Below the pieces are notes generated by a model. The model was not told the DNA's origin and made no database searches. It saw only the letters and a program-made list of their open reading frames with translations. A stretch of DNA of 62,967 bases, filler included. It is 5 parts of 5 records of this genome, joined end to end, with 100 filler letters (N's around TTAATTAATTAA, not from the genome) between each part and the next. Parts side by side here need not be neighbours in the genome. Positions count along the whole stretch, not along the records: positions 1 to 15,412 come from DRR723986_7843; 4 more parts are not named here. One strand, written 5' to 3'. Shown here piece after piece: positions 1-10,510 of the stretch; within the stretch, counting starts at the first letter, position 1, and each line of letters begins with the position of its first letter. Position numbers and translations under genes: made by a program.

Positions 1-439
1 CCCGCTGCCGCACATGCCGGTGGTCAAGGACCTTGTACCGGATCTGACCAATTTCTATGCCCAGCACCGCTCGATCGAGCCGTGGTTGAAGACAGTATCG
101 CCAGCCCCGGAAAAGGAATGGCGCCAGTCGCATGAAGACCGGGTGAAGCTTGATGGCCTGTATGAGTGCATTCTGTGCGCCTGCTGCTCCACCTCCTGCC
201 CGAGTTACTGGTGGAACGGCGACCGCTATCTCGGCCCGGCCGTCCTTCTGCAGGCCTATCGCTGGCTGATCGACAGCCGTGACGAGGCCACCGGCGAGCG
301 TCTGGACAATCTGGAAGATCCGTTCCGGCTTTACCGCTGCCACACCATCATGAACTGCTCGCAAGCCTGCCCGAAGGGCCTGAACCCGGCGAAGGCCATT
401 GCCGAGATCAAGAAGATGATGGTCGAACGCCGGGTGTAA
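1..439 (+). CDS. sdhB: Succinate dehydrogenase iron-sulfur subunit, 3' part (5' truncated)
   Basis: [12 protein letters not shown] and [12 protein letters not shown] Fe-S cluster motifs; frame open from the window edge. Confidence 0.97.
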   Translation, partial: PLPHMPVVKDLVPDLTNFYAQHRSIEPWLKTVSPAPEKEWRQSHEDRVKLDGLYECILCACCSTSCPSYWWNGDRYLGPAVLLQAYRWLIDSRDEATGERLDNLEDPFRLYRCHTIMNCSQACPKGLNPAKAIAEIKKMMVERRV

Positions 440-460
440 GTTTCACGGCGCCAGAAAATC

Positions 461-490
461 GAAAGGCCGTCCCGGGGGGCGGCCTTTTTT
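461..490 (+). terminator. Rho-independent terminator after sdhB
   Basis: AAAGGCCGTCCC/GGGCGGCCTTT stem followed by a T-run. Confidence 0.85.
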
Positions 491-516
491 GTATTGGTTC
501 CGAACGACCTTGCCAC

Positions 517-678
517 CGTCATTCCGGACAAGCGCAGTGAAGCTGCGCACCGATCCGGAATCCAGATATCAGCGTGAGCGGAGCGAACACTCTGGAAAGA
601 TAAGGCAGCGCTATTCGCGCAGCATATTTCTGGATTCCGGATCTGCGGTCGGCTGCGCCTTCCTTGTCCGGAATGACG
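517..678. repeat. REP/MITE-like palindromic element
   Basis: Perfect 16-bp inverted repeat CGTCATTCCGGACAAG (517-532/663-678) enclosing a second inverted repeat GATCCGGAATCCAGA (552-566/629-643). Confidence 0.8.
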
Positions 679-771
679 CGGGAAAACGCTTTTGCGTTTC
701 CCGGTGCCCTGTTCTGGTCGGGCCGAAGCTGTGCCGGGATTACCGCGTTCTCAAGAAAAGCTCCACCGGCA

Positions 772-1596
772 TCACACCTTCGCCCGGCACACCAGAAGCG
801 AGCTGTTGCACCAGCCCCGGAACCCGGGAACACGACCAAGCGTGCGGGTGAGGGCGATTTCAGCGGGTTTCAGCGGGCCCCATTCGAAAGTCTTGCCGCG
901 CAGGTGGTGGAACAGTTTCCCGTGGCGGTTGGTTTCCTCGTACCAGGGGCTGAGCATCGGCAGATAGGGTAGGCACGAGAGATAGCCGATGCCGTGCACC
1001 GACTCGATCGTGACCGCGCGGCCGATGATCTCCGACCATTCGTTCAAGGTCATGCGGACCTGGTGCTCGGCGTAGTGCAGGTAGCCCAGCTTCAGCCGGT
1101 CGAGGCGGTAAAGCTGCGGAACCACGGCTAGGATCAGTCCACCCGGCGCAATGACCTCACCACATTGACGCATCACGGACTCGATCGCCGGCCCACGGCC
1201 TGGCAGATGCTCCAGCACGTCCAGAAGGGCGATCACATCCGGTTGCCAGGGCAGGTCGTCGCGGTGTTCGGAAAGACGGGTGGCGTCCAGCACGATGTCC
1301 GGTTCGAACGCCGCTTCATAATCGGCACCGCAATAGTCGAAATCCAGGCCGGTGTCGGCGAGATATTCTTTCGAAATCGAGGTCGAGCAACCGATATCGA
1401 GAATGCGCGGCGGCCGACCAAGGTCTTGTGCCCAGTCCCGGATGGTGCGGGCGACAATGTCGAACTTCACCGTTCCGTACAGGTTCCTCTGGGCGTTCGC
1501 GAGCTTCTTGACCAGATACTGCGAATGGACCGTAACTTCGGATTGCTCATCATCCGCTAGGTCTGGTCTCTCTGTTCGATCCAGAGTTTGGTGCAC
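772..1596 (-). CDS. Class I SAM-dependent methyltransferase-like protein
   Basis: ILDIGCS motif I, DVLEHL and PGG-LI segments; GTG start with AAGGAG RBS; overlaps the upstream gene by 40 nt. Confidence 0.8.
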   Translation of the reverse strand: MHQTLDRTERPDLADDEQSEVTVHSQYLVKKLANAQRNLYGTVKFDIVARTIRDWAQDLGRPPRILDIGCSTSISKEYLADTGLDFDYCGADYEAAFEPDIVLDATRLSEHRDDLPWQPDVIALLDVLEHLPGRGPAIESVMRQCGEVIAPGGLILAVVPQLYRLDRLKLGYLHYAEHQVRMTLNEWSEIIGRAVTIESVHGIGYLSCLPYLPMLSPWYEETNRHGKLFHHLRGKTFEWGPLKPAEIALTRTLGRVPGFRGWCNSSLLVCRAKV

Positions 1597-2747
1597 ACTG
1601 CCTCTCCTTCTGTCGCCAAGCGGTGAATGCCGGGTTCGTAGGTGTAGGTGGTCAGGTCGGCCATCAGCACGATCAGTTCGCCGAGGATCAGCTCGACCAC
1701 TTCATCGGCAACGCTGCCGGAGCCGGGAATGAAATTGGCCGGGTAGCCGTCGTTGACGAGGCAGATCTGCTTGTCTGCCCCCTGTTGGCCGGGAAGCTGG
1801 AAAGCCCTGATTGACGGATGAATGTCGCAGGCTGGCGACTGTTCCAGAAAATCGACGTCGATTTCGATACGCCGGGAACTGGCGCTCGCCACCAGGCAGC
1901 CGTTGCGAAGTTGCTGCAGCACGTCCCGGGTTATCGACAAGCGCCCTGCCGCCCCGACAACCAGGTCGCATTGCTCGAGATCCGCGGGATGAAGAGTCGC
2001 CGGATAACCTGACAACCTTGCTTCTGCGATTTTGAGCGGGTCGACATCGATCAGCGAGACGATGACATCCAGCCGGCGCAGGGCCTTGGCCACGCCGAAC
2101 CCGATCCAGCCCGCTCCGAAGACAGCAGCGCGCCGGCCGGCCAGGGAGTTGCCGAGATCGCGCATGAGCCCATCCAGGCACCGGGCAATGGTCTCGCCGC
2201 AACGTACCGCTTCCAGGCGCTTCAGCTCGCTGTCGGCACAGTGGAGCACAGGCACCCGCAGCCGTGTCTGCCCGGCCCGCCAGACGCCTTGCTTGGTGAT
2301 CTCCACCACGCCTTCGACAAGGTGCAGCTGATCTTGAAACCGCTCGTGCAGCAATTCGACGGCATAACCGCCGACTTCCTGAATGACGAGCTTCTGGTCG
2401 GAGGCCCGGCAGGCATCCAGGCTCTTCTGCAAGGCCTTGGCCAGGACCTCTTTGAATTCTGGCTCGGTCTTCGGGCACTGGACCTTGTCGCCGTATACGG
2501 CCTGCCATTTCAGCCGTGTCACATCACTGCCGGAGGAATACGGGATGCCGATGATTGCATCGAAATCCATGACCCCTTCCAGCGCATCGATCATGCGCCT
2601 TGTGTCGTCAAACAGATGCGCCACCAGCAGATACCGGTGCGCTTCACTCTTGAAGAGATCGAGCCGCTTGACCAGCGCCGGCAGATAGTCCGCACGTCGG
2701 GCATAGGCGGGCGCGGCCGCGGTAGATATGTCGCTTAATGGATGCAT
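1557..2747 (-). CDS. Divergent S-adenosylhomocysteine hydrolase-like NAD-binding protein
   Basis: AHL, EVGGY, VEITKQG, DSELK, GAGWIG (Rossmann), DVDP, IEID and GYPANF align with the AhcY motif order. Confidence 0.8.
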   Translation of the reverse strand: MHPLSDISTAAAPAYARRADYLPALVKRLDLFKSEAHRYLLVAHLFDDTRRMIDALEGVMDFDAIIGIPYSSGSDVTRLKWQAVYGDKVQCPKTEPEFKEVLAKALQKSLDACRASDQKLVIQEVGGYAVELLHERFQDQLHLVEGVVEITKQGVWRAGQTRLRVPVLHCADSELKRLEAVRCGETIARCLDGLMRDLGNSLAGRRAAVFGAGWIGFGVAKALRRLDVIVSLIDVDPLKIAEARLSGYPATLHPADLEQCDLVVGAAGRLSITRDVLQQLRNGCLVASASSRRIEIDVDFLEQSPACDIHPSIRAFQLPGQQGADKQICLVNDGYPANFIPGSGSVADEVVELILGELIVLMADLTTYTYEPGIHRLATEGEAVCTKLWIEQRDQT

Positions 2748-2996
2748 TGTTAGTTATTCCGAGGGTTCTGCCATTCTGGCACTGCGCCGCCGGTACGCAC
2801 AAGTGCGAGTTGTGAAATAGACAGGAAAAATGAGGCAGCAATCCAACAACTTTTGAGCCACTGCACAGGAACTGCACAAACAATACTGAAAAGCCGCTCG
2901 GCCACGCCCTTTTGTGTCCTGTTCTGTCTTCAATGATCGCCCTGTTGACCGGGTGCCCGCCTGACGGGACATCCTTCTGGCAGAGGGTTGATTTGC

Positions 2997-4463
2997 ATGA
3001 CAAGCGATACTGAAAACGACACCATTGAACAACCGCAGGAGCGACCTCAATTTTCGCAGCCCCGCTCACCCCGTGAACAGCCGGTGCGCCGAACGTCTTT
3101 TCTTGGGTCTCCGGCAGTCAAGTTCGTGATCATCGGGATGTTGACCGTGATGCTGCTGGTGCCGAGCCTGTTTGTCTGGGTGCTGGTGGAAGAACGTGCC
3201 GAAAGGGCCCGGGATGTCGCTCAGGACATCGCCCGGTCCTGGGGTGGCGTCCAGGAGATCAACGGACCGTATCTGGTTGTTCCGTTCAGCGAGACCTTCA
3301 CTGTTTCCACCGGAGAAAACGCCAAGACCGAAATTCGCTGGCACACTGCCATCCTGTTTCCGGAAAAGCTGGATGTGCGTGGTGAGATCTCCGTTCAGGA
3401 GCGCAGGAAATCGATCTATTCGCTGCCCGTCTATCATGGCAGCGTGACATTGAAGGGCCGGTTCGCGGCAACGTCGCCCAAAAACTTTCAGCCGCAGTTC
3501 GGTGGGCAAATCGACATTGCCGGGGACAAGGCGGTTCTTGTGGTCGGCATCGGCGACATCGCAGCGCTGAAAAGCGAGGTCGCACTGGTCCTGAACGACA
3601 GTGGTTCCGTGCCGTTCGAGCCTGGGCTCGGGCCGCTGACCATGGAGCCGATACGGCGGTCTGTTGCCACGATCAACGCGTCCGGTATCAACGCACCTGT
3701 CGCTGCGGGTTTGTGGCGAAACGGGTTTTCTTTCGACATCCCGATGCAGCTGAACGGCTCCACCGCCTTCTACGTTGCCCCGGCCGGTCAAACGACCAGC
3801 GTATCCCTTCAATCCGACTGGCCGCATCCCGGCTTCACCGGCGCATTCCTGCCGGAAGCGCGAGAAATCGGCGATGCCGGTTTCAACGCATCCTGGACCA
3901 TCCCCTATCTTGCCCGCGGCATTCCCAAACTGGTGCTCGGCCCGCAAATGCCGTTGCAAAACAAGGTTCTGGGAGTGCAATTCGTTGAACCCGTCAATTT
4001 CTATCAGACCATTTCCAGGTCGTTGAAATACGCAGTCTGCTTCATCAGTCTGACCTTCCTGGCGGTCTTTGTTCTGGAAATGCGCTCCGGATGGCGGGTC
4101 CATTGGATCCAGTATGGCCTGGTCGGACTGTCCCTGATCGTCTTCTACGTCATGCTGCTCGCCTTTGCAGAGCACGTTGGCTACGGCCTGGCCTATCTCG
4201 TGGCCGCTGCCGCCGCGACGCTGCTGAATGCGCTCTATATCGGGACTTCGCTCAAGAGCCGTCTTGCCGGAAGCGTGATGCTTGCGGTCCTGGCTGCGAT
4301 ATTCGGTGTGCTTTATGCGCTCATGCAGGAGCAGGACTACGCGCTCCTGATCGGTTCGATGATCGGGTTCCTGTCACTTGCCGTTACCATGTTTGCCACC
4401 CAGCGGATCGACTGGTCCGGGCAACAACAGGTCGGCACGAGGCCGCAGGCCGAAGCGGTCTGA
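2997..4463 (+). CDS. creD: Cell envelope integrity inner membrane protein CreD
   Basis: SDWPHPGFTGAFLP, RSLKYA, HWIQYGLVG and AFAEH motifs; N-terminal TM helix plus multi-TM C-terminus. Confidence 0.92.
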   Translation: MTSDTENDTIEQPQERPQFSQPRSPREQPVRRTSFLGSPAVKFVIIGMLTVMLLVPSLFVWVLVEERAERARDVAQDIARSWGGVQEINGPYLVVPFSETFTVSTGENAKTEIRWHTAILFPEKLDVRGEISVQERRKSIYSLPVYHGSVTLKGRFAATSPKNFQPQFGGQIDIAGDKAVLVVGIGDIAALKSEVALVLNDSGSVPFEPGLGPLTMEPIRRSVATINASGINAPVAAGLWRNGFSFDIPMQLNGSTAFYVAPAGQTTSVSLQSDWPHPGFTGAFLPEAREIGDAGFNASWTIPYLARGIPKLVLGPQMPLQNKVLGVQFVEPVNFYQTISRSLKYAVCFISLTFLAVFVLEMRSGWRVHWIQYGLVGLSLIVFYVMLLAFAEHVGYGLAYLVAAAAATLLNALYIGTSLKSRLAGSVMLAVLAAIFGVLYALMQEQDYALLIGSMIGFLSLAVTMFATQRIDWSGQQQVGTRPQAEAV

Positions 4464-4635
4464 CGGTCATTCTGTCATTCCGGCATGTCGCCAATCCGGT
4501 CGGCGGTGTGGCTTCGCTGCGCCGCCGATTTTGCTTGGCATTTGCCGGTTGAGCGCATCGCAGCTCTAAAACGAGGCTTGCAATTTCTCCTTGAATGTTC
4601 TTATTTCGTTCTATTGAGGTGAGTGGGAGGACGTG

Positions 4636-5025
4636 ATGTCCATTCTTGATCATATCGGTTTTGCGGTCAGCGATTTTCCGGCGTCTCGTGCGTTCTACGA
4701 AAAGGCCCTGGCGCCACTTGGCATCAAGGTGTTGATGGACGTCACCGCTGAAATGACGGGTGGACCCGCCTATTGCGGTTTCGGCAAGGACAAGCCGGAC
4801 TTCTGGATTGGTGAAGGCAAAGCCCCCGGAACACCGGTGCATGTCGCCTTTGCAGCTTCGAACCGGGCGCTCGTCGATGCCTTCTACGAGGCTGCGATCG
4901 CAGCCGGCGGCAAGGATAACGGCGCACCGGGCCTGCGGCCGCAGTACCACGAAAATTACTACGGTGCTTTCGTACTCGACCCGGATGGTCTGAATATCGA
5001 GGCGGTCTGTCATCTGCCTGAATAA
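4636..5025 (+). CDS. VOC/glyoxalase family protein
   Basis: DHIG...HVAF...GGKDNGAPGLRP...YYGAFVLDPDG..IE pattern. Confidence 0.92.
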   Translation: MSILDHIGFAVSDFPASRAFYEKALAPLGIKVLMDVTAEMTGGPAYCGFGKDKPDFWIGEGKAPGTPVHVAFAASNRALVDAFYEAAIAAGGKDNGAPGLRPQYHENYYGAFVLDPDGLNIEAVCHLPE

Positions 5026-5059
5026 GTCTTTGTTTCCTGATTTCAATTTGGAGAAAAAA

Positions 5060-5437
5060 ATGCACAAGAGCCGGCTGGGAGATCTGGTGATCGACTGTGA
5101 AGGTGGCGATATCGACCGCCATGCGGAATTCTGGGCCGGTGCGCTCGGGCGCACTGTTGAAGCTGAGCCGAAAAACCCACGCTATCGCCGCCTGATCGGC
5201 ACGGAAGATGAAATCGGCATCCTGCTCCAGTCGGTCGAGCATCCCTCCCGCGTGCACCTGGATATCGAAACCGACGATCCGGAAAAGGAAGTTGCCCGGC
5301 TTGAAGGTCTGGGCGCGACCATCGTTCAGAAACTGGACGGCTGGACAGTGATGCAGGCAACCAGCGGTCACCGGTTCTGCGTCGTCAAACCGCAACTCGC
5401 CGGTTTTGAGGAGGCAGCCAAGACCTGGGAGGCCTGA
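5060..5437 (+). CDS. VOC/glyoxalase-like protein
   Basis: VIDC, FWA.ALG, RVHLDIE and GHRFCV motifs; GGAG RBS. Confidence 0.88.
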   Translation: MHKSRLGDLVIDCEGGDIDRHAEFWAGALGRTVEAEPKNPRYRRLIGTEDEIGILLQSVEHPSRVHLDIETDDPEKEVARLEGLGATIVQKLDGWTVMQATSGHRFCVVKPQLAGFEEAAKTWEA

Positions 5438-5743
5438 GAATGGCCTGATCAGTCATGGCTTTGGCTGCCCGAAACGAGGGGCCTCACGCCAGGCTCACGG
5501 GCATGTGCTGGTTTGGCGAGCGGAGTTGAGTTTGTCTCAGCCGCCGGGCGCGTTACCTCTTTCGGGTAGAATTCGAAATGTCTTCACGGGTCTTCCAACC
5601 CATGAAGCGCATTTCAAAGTCGAAGACCACAGCTCGAAACCCAAGCGCGCTGGTCGTCTTTCCGGTCGGGGTTTCGCAATCATCACCAGGTTGGTGATCC
5701 CTCCGGAAAGGTCGACCACAACCAGCTCCCTGGAGGACCTGAC

Positions 5744-6388
5744 ATGAAACGCCTGCTCCCGCTCACTTTCGTTGCCGCGCTCGTGGCGTCGATGCCACCG
5801 GGTACCGCACAGGCCGAAACCGCAGTGCTTGCCGGAGGATGCTTCTGGTGCGTTGAATCCGATCTTGAGAAACTTCCCGGCGTGCGCGATGTCGTTTCCG
5901 GCTATGCCGGCGGGGAGACCCAGAACCCTACCTACAAGGACTATGATCGTGGCGGTCACCGGGAGGTCGTCAGGGTCGATTTCGACGAGAACAAGATCAG
6001 TTACGCCGAACTTGTCGGGATCTTCCTGCGCACCGTCGATGTGACGGACGCCGGCGGTCAATTCTGCGACCGGGGACATGCCTATTCCACCGCCATCTAT
6101 CCTCTGGACGAAACCCAGGCGAAACAGGCCAGGGCGGAAATCGCGAAGGCGGAAAAGGCACTCGGCGGAAAGATCGTAACGCCGGTAGAGGCTCCGGCCG
6201 TTTTCTGGCCCGCCGAGGACTACCATCAGGCCTATTACAAGAGCCAGGTTCGTACGCTTACCCGCTTCGGCTACGTCACCCGCGCCGACGCCTACAAAGG
6301 CTACAGGAAAGGGTGCGGCAGGGATGCGCAGGTCAAGGCCGTGTGGGGCAGCGAAGCCTTCAAGGGGTTGCCCAAGGCAGGATCATAA
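5744..6388 (+). CDS. msrA: Peptide-methionine (S)-S-oxide reductase, exported
   Basis: GGCFWC, SGYAGG and AEDYHQ motifs; N-terminal signal peptide ending AQA; GGAGG RBS. Confidence 0.95.
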   Translation: MKRLLPLTFVAALVASMPPGTAQAETAVLAGGCFWCVESDLEKLPGVRDVVSGYAGGETQNPTYKDYDRGGHREVVRVDFDENKISYAELVGIFLRTVDVTDAGGQFCDRGHAYSTAIYPLDETQAKQARAEIAKAEKALGGKIVTPVEAPAVFWPAEDYHQAYYKSQVRTLTRFGYVTRADAYKGYRKGCGRDAQVKAVWGSEAFKGLPKAGS

Positions 6389-6525
6389 CATTCGAAAATG
6401 GGCCGTTTCCGCGGGGAACGGCCCAAAAGAACAGCATTTTCGTCGAATTTTCAGGCATCAATTTGCCGTAGGGTAAGGTGTACACTACATACTTTCAGTG
6501 GGCTTACGTCTGAAAGGACGCTAAC

Positions 6526-7047
6526 ATGCTGAGCTTGTTTGGAAGTCGCGTTACAGCAGAGCCGGAATTTATTTCTGAATTGAGAGCCGTCGAGACGGAA
6601 GACCGCCTTCGAAGATCTACCGCCGCCATGCTGGAAGCAGCAGGGTTGGAGATCTGTGACACCAACACACCGACTGAATTTGCGGCAGCTGCCACCGTGT
6701 CGATTATGAAGCTCGTGCTGAAAGTGGTCGAGCGCGACTTTGACCAACTGTGCTTCGAAAACCGATTTGTCACCGGCCTGTTCGGGTTCCTGATTGCCCA
6801 TAACCTGACGCGCCGCACCAATGCTGATCTTGGTGTCGTGCTGGGTATTGCGGGTCTGGACCTCTTCTCGCATGAGGAAATCGAACAGATCTACAAGCTC
6901 GGCTCGTCCTACAGGCGTCTGCGCCAGCACCGGAACATGCATCTGGCGCTCAGGGACATCATCGACAGTTTCCTGTCCCATCCTGATGAAGAAACCTTGT
7001 CGGATCTTGCCGGGGTTTATCAACTCTGCCTGCAGCAGGACGGTTGA
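6526..7047 (+). CDS. Hypothetical all-helical protein
   Basis: 173-aa ORF with AAGGA RBS and coding-like codon use; no recognised motif. Confidence 0.7.
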   Translation: MLSLFGSRVTAEPEFISELRAVETEDRLRRSTAAMLEAAGLEICDTNTPTEFAAAATVSIMKLVLKVVERDFDQLCFENRFVTGLFGFLIAHNLTRRTNADLGVVLGIAGLDLFSHEEIEQIYKLGSSYRRLRQHRNMHLALRDIIDSFLSHPDEETLSDLAGVYQLCLQQDG

Positions 7048-7076
7048 CCGGATTTCATCGGCAACCATCGTGGCGG

Positions 7077-8966
7077 TCATACGCCGGCTTCAAATGCCTC
7101 GACCAGCTCGAGGAACGCCTCGCCGTATTTTTCAAGTTTGGACTGCCCGACACCGGAAACGGCCAGCAGCGCATCTTCGGTCACCGGGCGCGCAGCGGAT
7201 ATCCCGGCCAGCGTCGCATCCGTGAACACTACATAGGGCGGTACGCCCTGATCGCGGGCAATCTGGGTCCGCAGCCTGCGCAAGCGTTCAAACAGCAGCC
7301 TGTCTTCATGGTCCAGTTCATCGGCGATGGAGGCCGTACGTGAAGAACTCGTCCGTTTCAGGCCTGCCGCGCTCCGGTCCTTGCGCAAGGCGAGCTTCTC
7401 GTCACCGCGCAGGACGCTCCGGGCCTTTTCCGTCAGAACAAGAGCACCGAACTGGGCATGGTCGACATCGACGTAGCCTGCGGCGACAAGCTGACGGGCA
7501 ATCGACTGCCAGGTCTTCTGCGGCACGTCCTGACCAATTCCGAAAACCGACAGCGTGTCATGGCCGAAGCGGGTGCTTTTCTCGTTGGTCTTGCCCAGAA
7601 GCACATCTATGACATGCGCCGTGCCGAAACGTTGACCAGTACGATAGATCGCCGACATCAGCTTTTGGGCAGCTTCCGTGCCGTCCCAGGTCTCCACCGG
7701 GGACAGGCAGGTGTCGCAGTTGCCACAGGGTTTGGGGTAGGTCTCGCCGAAATGGGCTAGCAGGGCCTGACGACGGCAACCGGCCGTTTCACAAATGCCG
7801 AGAAGCGCGTTCAGCTTGGCATTTTCCGCGCGCTTGACCTCTTCGGGCGCATCGCCCTCGGCAATCATGCGCCGGCGCTGCACCAGATCGGCCATGCCGT
7901 AAGCCATGAAGGCTTCGGAGGGAGCGCCGTCGCGGCCTGCACGGCCGGTTTCCTGGTAATAGGCCTCGACCGAAGAGGGCAGATCCAGATGCGCGACATA
8001 GCGCACATCCGGCTTGTCGATACCCATGCCGAAGGCAACCGTCGCCACCAGGCACAGCCCTTCTTCCAGCAGAAACGCATCCTGGTTGGCGGAGCGCTGT
8101 TCCGCGGGCAATCCGGCATGATAGGGCAGGGCCCTGATGCCTTTAGAGGTCAGCCATTCGGCGATATCCTCAACCTTTGCCCGCGACAGGCAATAGACGA
8201 TGCCACTCTCGCCGGAGTGCTTCTTCAGGAAATCCAGCAGCTGCTGGCGCTGGTTGGTGCGCTCGACAATCTCGTAGCGGATGTTGGGCCGGTCGAAGCT
8301 GGTGGAAAAGACGGCGGCGTCTTCCAGCTGCAGGCGGGCCAGAATGTCTTTTTGGGTGTGCGGGTCGGCAGTCGCGGTCAACGCCACACGCGGGACGCCC
8401 GGATAGCGGTCGCGCAGACAGGACAGCGACATGTACTCCGGACGGAAGTCATGTCCCCACTGGCTGACGCAATGCGCTTCATCGATGGCAAAAAGGGCAA
8501 TCTGCAGCGTGTCCAGGAACTTGCGGAAGCTCTCGGTGCCCAGCCGCTCCGGTGTCACGTAGAGCAGGTCGATTTCACCGCGGCGCAGGGCACTGCGAAT
8601 GCCGTCCTGTTCTTCAGGTGACAGCGTGGAATTGAGAGCTGCGGCCTGAACGCCAGCGGCGCGAAGCGCACCGACCTGGTCTTTCATCAGCGCGATCAGC
8701 GGCGAGACGACAATGCCAACCCCACGCCGGCACAGTGCCGGGATCTGGTAACAGAGCGACTTGCCTGCGCCGGTGGGAAACAGAACGACAGCGTCGTTGC
8801 CGTCCACAAGCGTTTCGATCACCGCCTGCTGTTTGCCCCTGAAGCTGCTGTAGCCGAAAACCTTCTGCAGAACCGCAAGCGGCTTCGGCTCCGGACGCAC
8901 GGTCGGAGCAACGGCATGCTGCACTGGAATGACTTCCTCCGCGGCAACAGCGGGCGAAACGGGCAT
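7077..8966 (-). CDS. recQ: ATP-dependent DNA helicase RecQ
   Basis: [22 protein letters not shown], Zn-binding CGNCDTC and a C-terminal HRDC domain. Confidence 0.97.
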   Translation of the reverse strand: MPVSPAVAAEEVIPVQHAVAPTVRPEPKPLAVLQKVFGYSSFRGKQQAVIETLVDGNDAVVLFPTGAGKSLCYQIPALCRRGVGIVVSPLIALMKDQVGALRAAGVQAAALNSTLSPEEQDGIRSALRRGEIDLLYVTPERLGTESFRKFLDTLQIALFAIDEAHCVSQWGHDFRPEYMSLSCLRDRYPGVPRVALTATADPHTQKDILARLQLEDAAVFSTSFDRPNIRYEIVERTNQRQQLLDFLKKHSGESGIVYCLSRAKVEDIAEWLTSKGIRALPYHAGLPAEQRSANQDAFLLEEGLCLVATVAFGMGIDKPDVRYVAHLDLPSSVEAYYQETGRAGRDGAPSEAFMAYGMADLVQRRRMIAEGDAPEEVKRAENAKLNALLGICETAGCRRQALLAHFGETYPKPCGNCDTCLSPVETWDGTEAAQKLMSAIYRTGQRFGTAHVIDVLLGKTNEKSTRFGHDTLSVFGIGQDVPQKTWQSIARQLVAAGYVDVDHAQFGALVLTEKARSVLRGDEKLALRKDRSAAGLKRTSSSRTASIADELDHEDRLLFERLRRLRTQIARDQGVPPYVVFTDATLAGISAARPVTEDALLAVSGVGQSKLEKYGEAFLELVEAFEAGV

Positions 8967-9121
8967 GGGTGAGACGGGTCCTTTGATTCTCCCGCACAAT
9001 GTCTTATTCGCGGAAGAAGGGCAATGAAGGCGGAACCACGCCTGTGGATGACGTGCAGGCCCTGGTCAGAGCATCAAAAAATCAGATGCTTAGGAGACGC
9101 GTGCAGGCGGTGCGTTGGCAC

Positions 9122-10015
9122 CTAGAACTCGGCGTCCGGATCCGTCGCCAGCGTTTCGGCGCAGTGAATGCGCATCTGTTCGGTCAGATCGCCAAGGTCG
9201 CCTTCAAGTTTTTCCGGGCGGATCGGCTTGCCGAAATGCACGTTGAACTTGGCATGTTCCTTGTTGAGCAATTCGTTGAAGACCGTCATGTCGCGCAATT
9301 CGGTCGACACTCTCGCAAGGAAATAGAACAGACCGGAATTGCGCCCGCCCATGTGCATGGGAATGATCGGGGCCTTGTTCTTGCGTGCCAGCGCCAGGGC
9401 TGACGTCATCCAGGGCCGTTCTGTCAGCTTGCCGTCGTGCCAATAGGCCAGGCGCCCGGAGGGAAACAGCACCACCACCCGCTCCTTGGCAAAGGCGGAG
9501 GAGGCGAGCTTGATCGTTTCCTTGGATTTTTCGCGGGTCTTGAAGTCAGCACGCCATTCGACCGGAATGATCATGTCGGCAAGGCGCGGGTTGATGCGGA
9601 TGGCATCGCGGTTGGCAAAGATCGCTAGATCGTTCCGGCGGGACTTGATCGCATCATAAAGCACGATGCCGTCGGCAATGCCGGTCGGGTGGTTGGACAC
9701 CAGAACGACGGGGCCTTCCTGCGGAACCCGTTCAAGGCCAAGCGTCGTGACGTCAAGCGACAGCAATCCGCTCAAATGGGCAAAAACCTCCAGCGCTTCC
9801 ATCTGCGCAATCGTGTCGGCCATTTCGACGGCGGACTTGTAGCGAAGGATCTTGTGCGCGAAGGGTCTGATGAAGGGCCACCACGGGCTGGCCATCACCA
9901 GCTTGCCCCGTTCGGCAATCAGAAGGTCGACGATATGCTGCTCAGAAATCTGCCTCTGTGCCGCGGCCTGACGGCGCGTCGGCAAGGTGTCTGTCGTCTG
10001 GTCGGTCGTCCGCAC
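9122..10015 (-). CDS. PlsC-like phospholipid/glycerol acyltransferase
   Basis: NHPTGIAD (HxxxxD) and FPSG motifs. Confidence 0.85.
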   Translation of the reverse strand: MRTTDQTTDTLPTRRQAAAQRQISEQHIVDLLIAERGKLVMASPWWPFIRPFAHKILRYKSAVEMADTIAQMEALEVFAHLSGLLSLDVTTLGLERVPQEGPVVLVSNHPTGIADGIVLYDAIKSRRNDLAIFANRDAIRINPRLADMIIPVEWRADFKTREKSKETIKLASSAFAKERVVVLFPSGRLAYWHDGKLTERPWMTSALALARKNKAPIIPMHMGGRNSGLFYFLARVSTELRDMTVFNELLNKEHAKFNVHFGKPIRPEKLEGDLGDLTEQMRIHCAETLATDPDAEF

Positions 10016-10132
10016 AATGCACCTCTGCCCACGAGATTACTGCCTCACTCCGATGCATCGTTAACGAAATCAGCCTCTTGGTGCAAATGATCGTTGTACG
10101 AATTTCAAGATCGGAATCCGCCCACCGGCGGC

Positions 10133-10510
10133 TCAGCTCCATAGGGAACTGGTGAAAATTGCCAGCGATGTCAAGAAGGAGGCTGCCCAGGCAAGCGAGC
10201 GCGGCGAGGCGCGGTCCGCCCAGTAGCAGCCGATATAAATGATCCTCAGTAACACGAAAAGCACGGCGAGCCTGTCGATCCAGTGCGGGTCGCCACCCTG
10301 GTTGAGGCCAACGAAAACGGCAACCGCAAACAGGGGAAATGCCTCGAAGCCATTCGCCTGTGCCCCCTGTGCCCGGGCGCGAAAACCGTCTCGCCAATAG
10401 TCCGGGTCACGTGGGCGGGCGTTGTCGAAGGACTTGTCCAGTTTTGCCGGAAAGACGGAAAGCAGCGGCAGGATGGCGGCGGCAAGGACACACCAGAAGG
10501 CGACGGGCAT
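10133..10510 (-). CDS. MAPEG family membrane protein
   Basis: RA.GAQANGFE.FP motif and hydrophobic helices. Confidence 0.88.
   Translation of the reverse strand: MPVAFWCVLAAAILPLLSVFPAKLDKSFDNARPRDPDYWRDGFRARAQGAQANGFEAFPLFAVAVFVGLNQGGDPHWIDRLAVLFVLLRIIYIGCYWADRASPRSLAWAASFLTSLAIFTSSLWS

Noticed and set aside
489-972. Several short ORFs overlapping the REP-like element
   Set aside because: No RBS or motif support; explained by the palindromic repeat and the opposite-strand methyltransferase.
1557-2747. Calling the gene ahcY
   Set aside because: Catalytic motifs and the C-terminal tail diverge too far to assign the housekeeping function.
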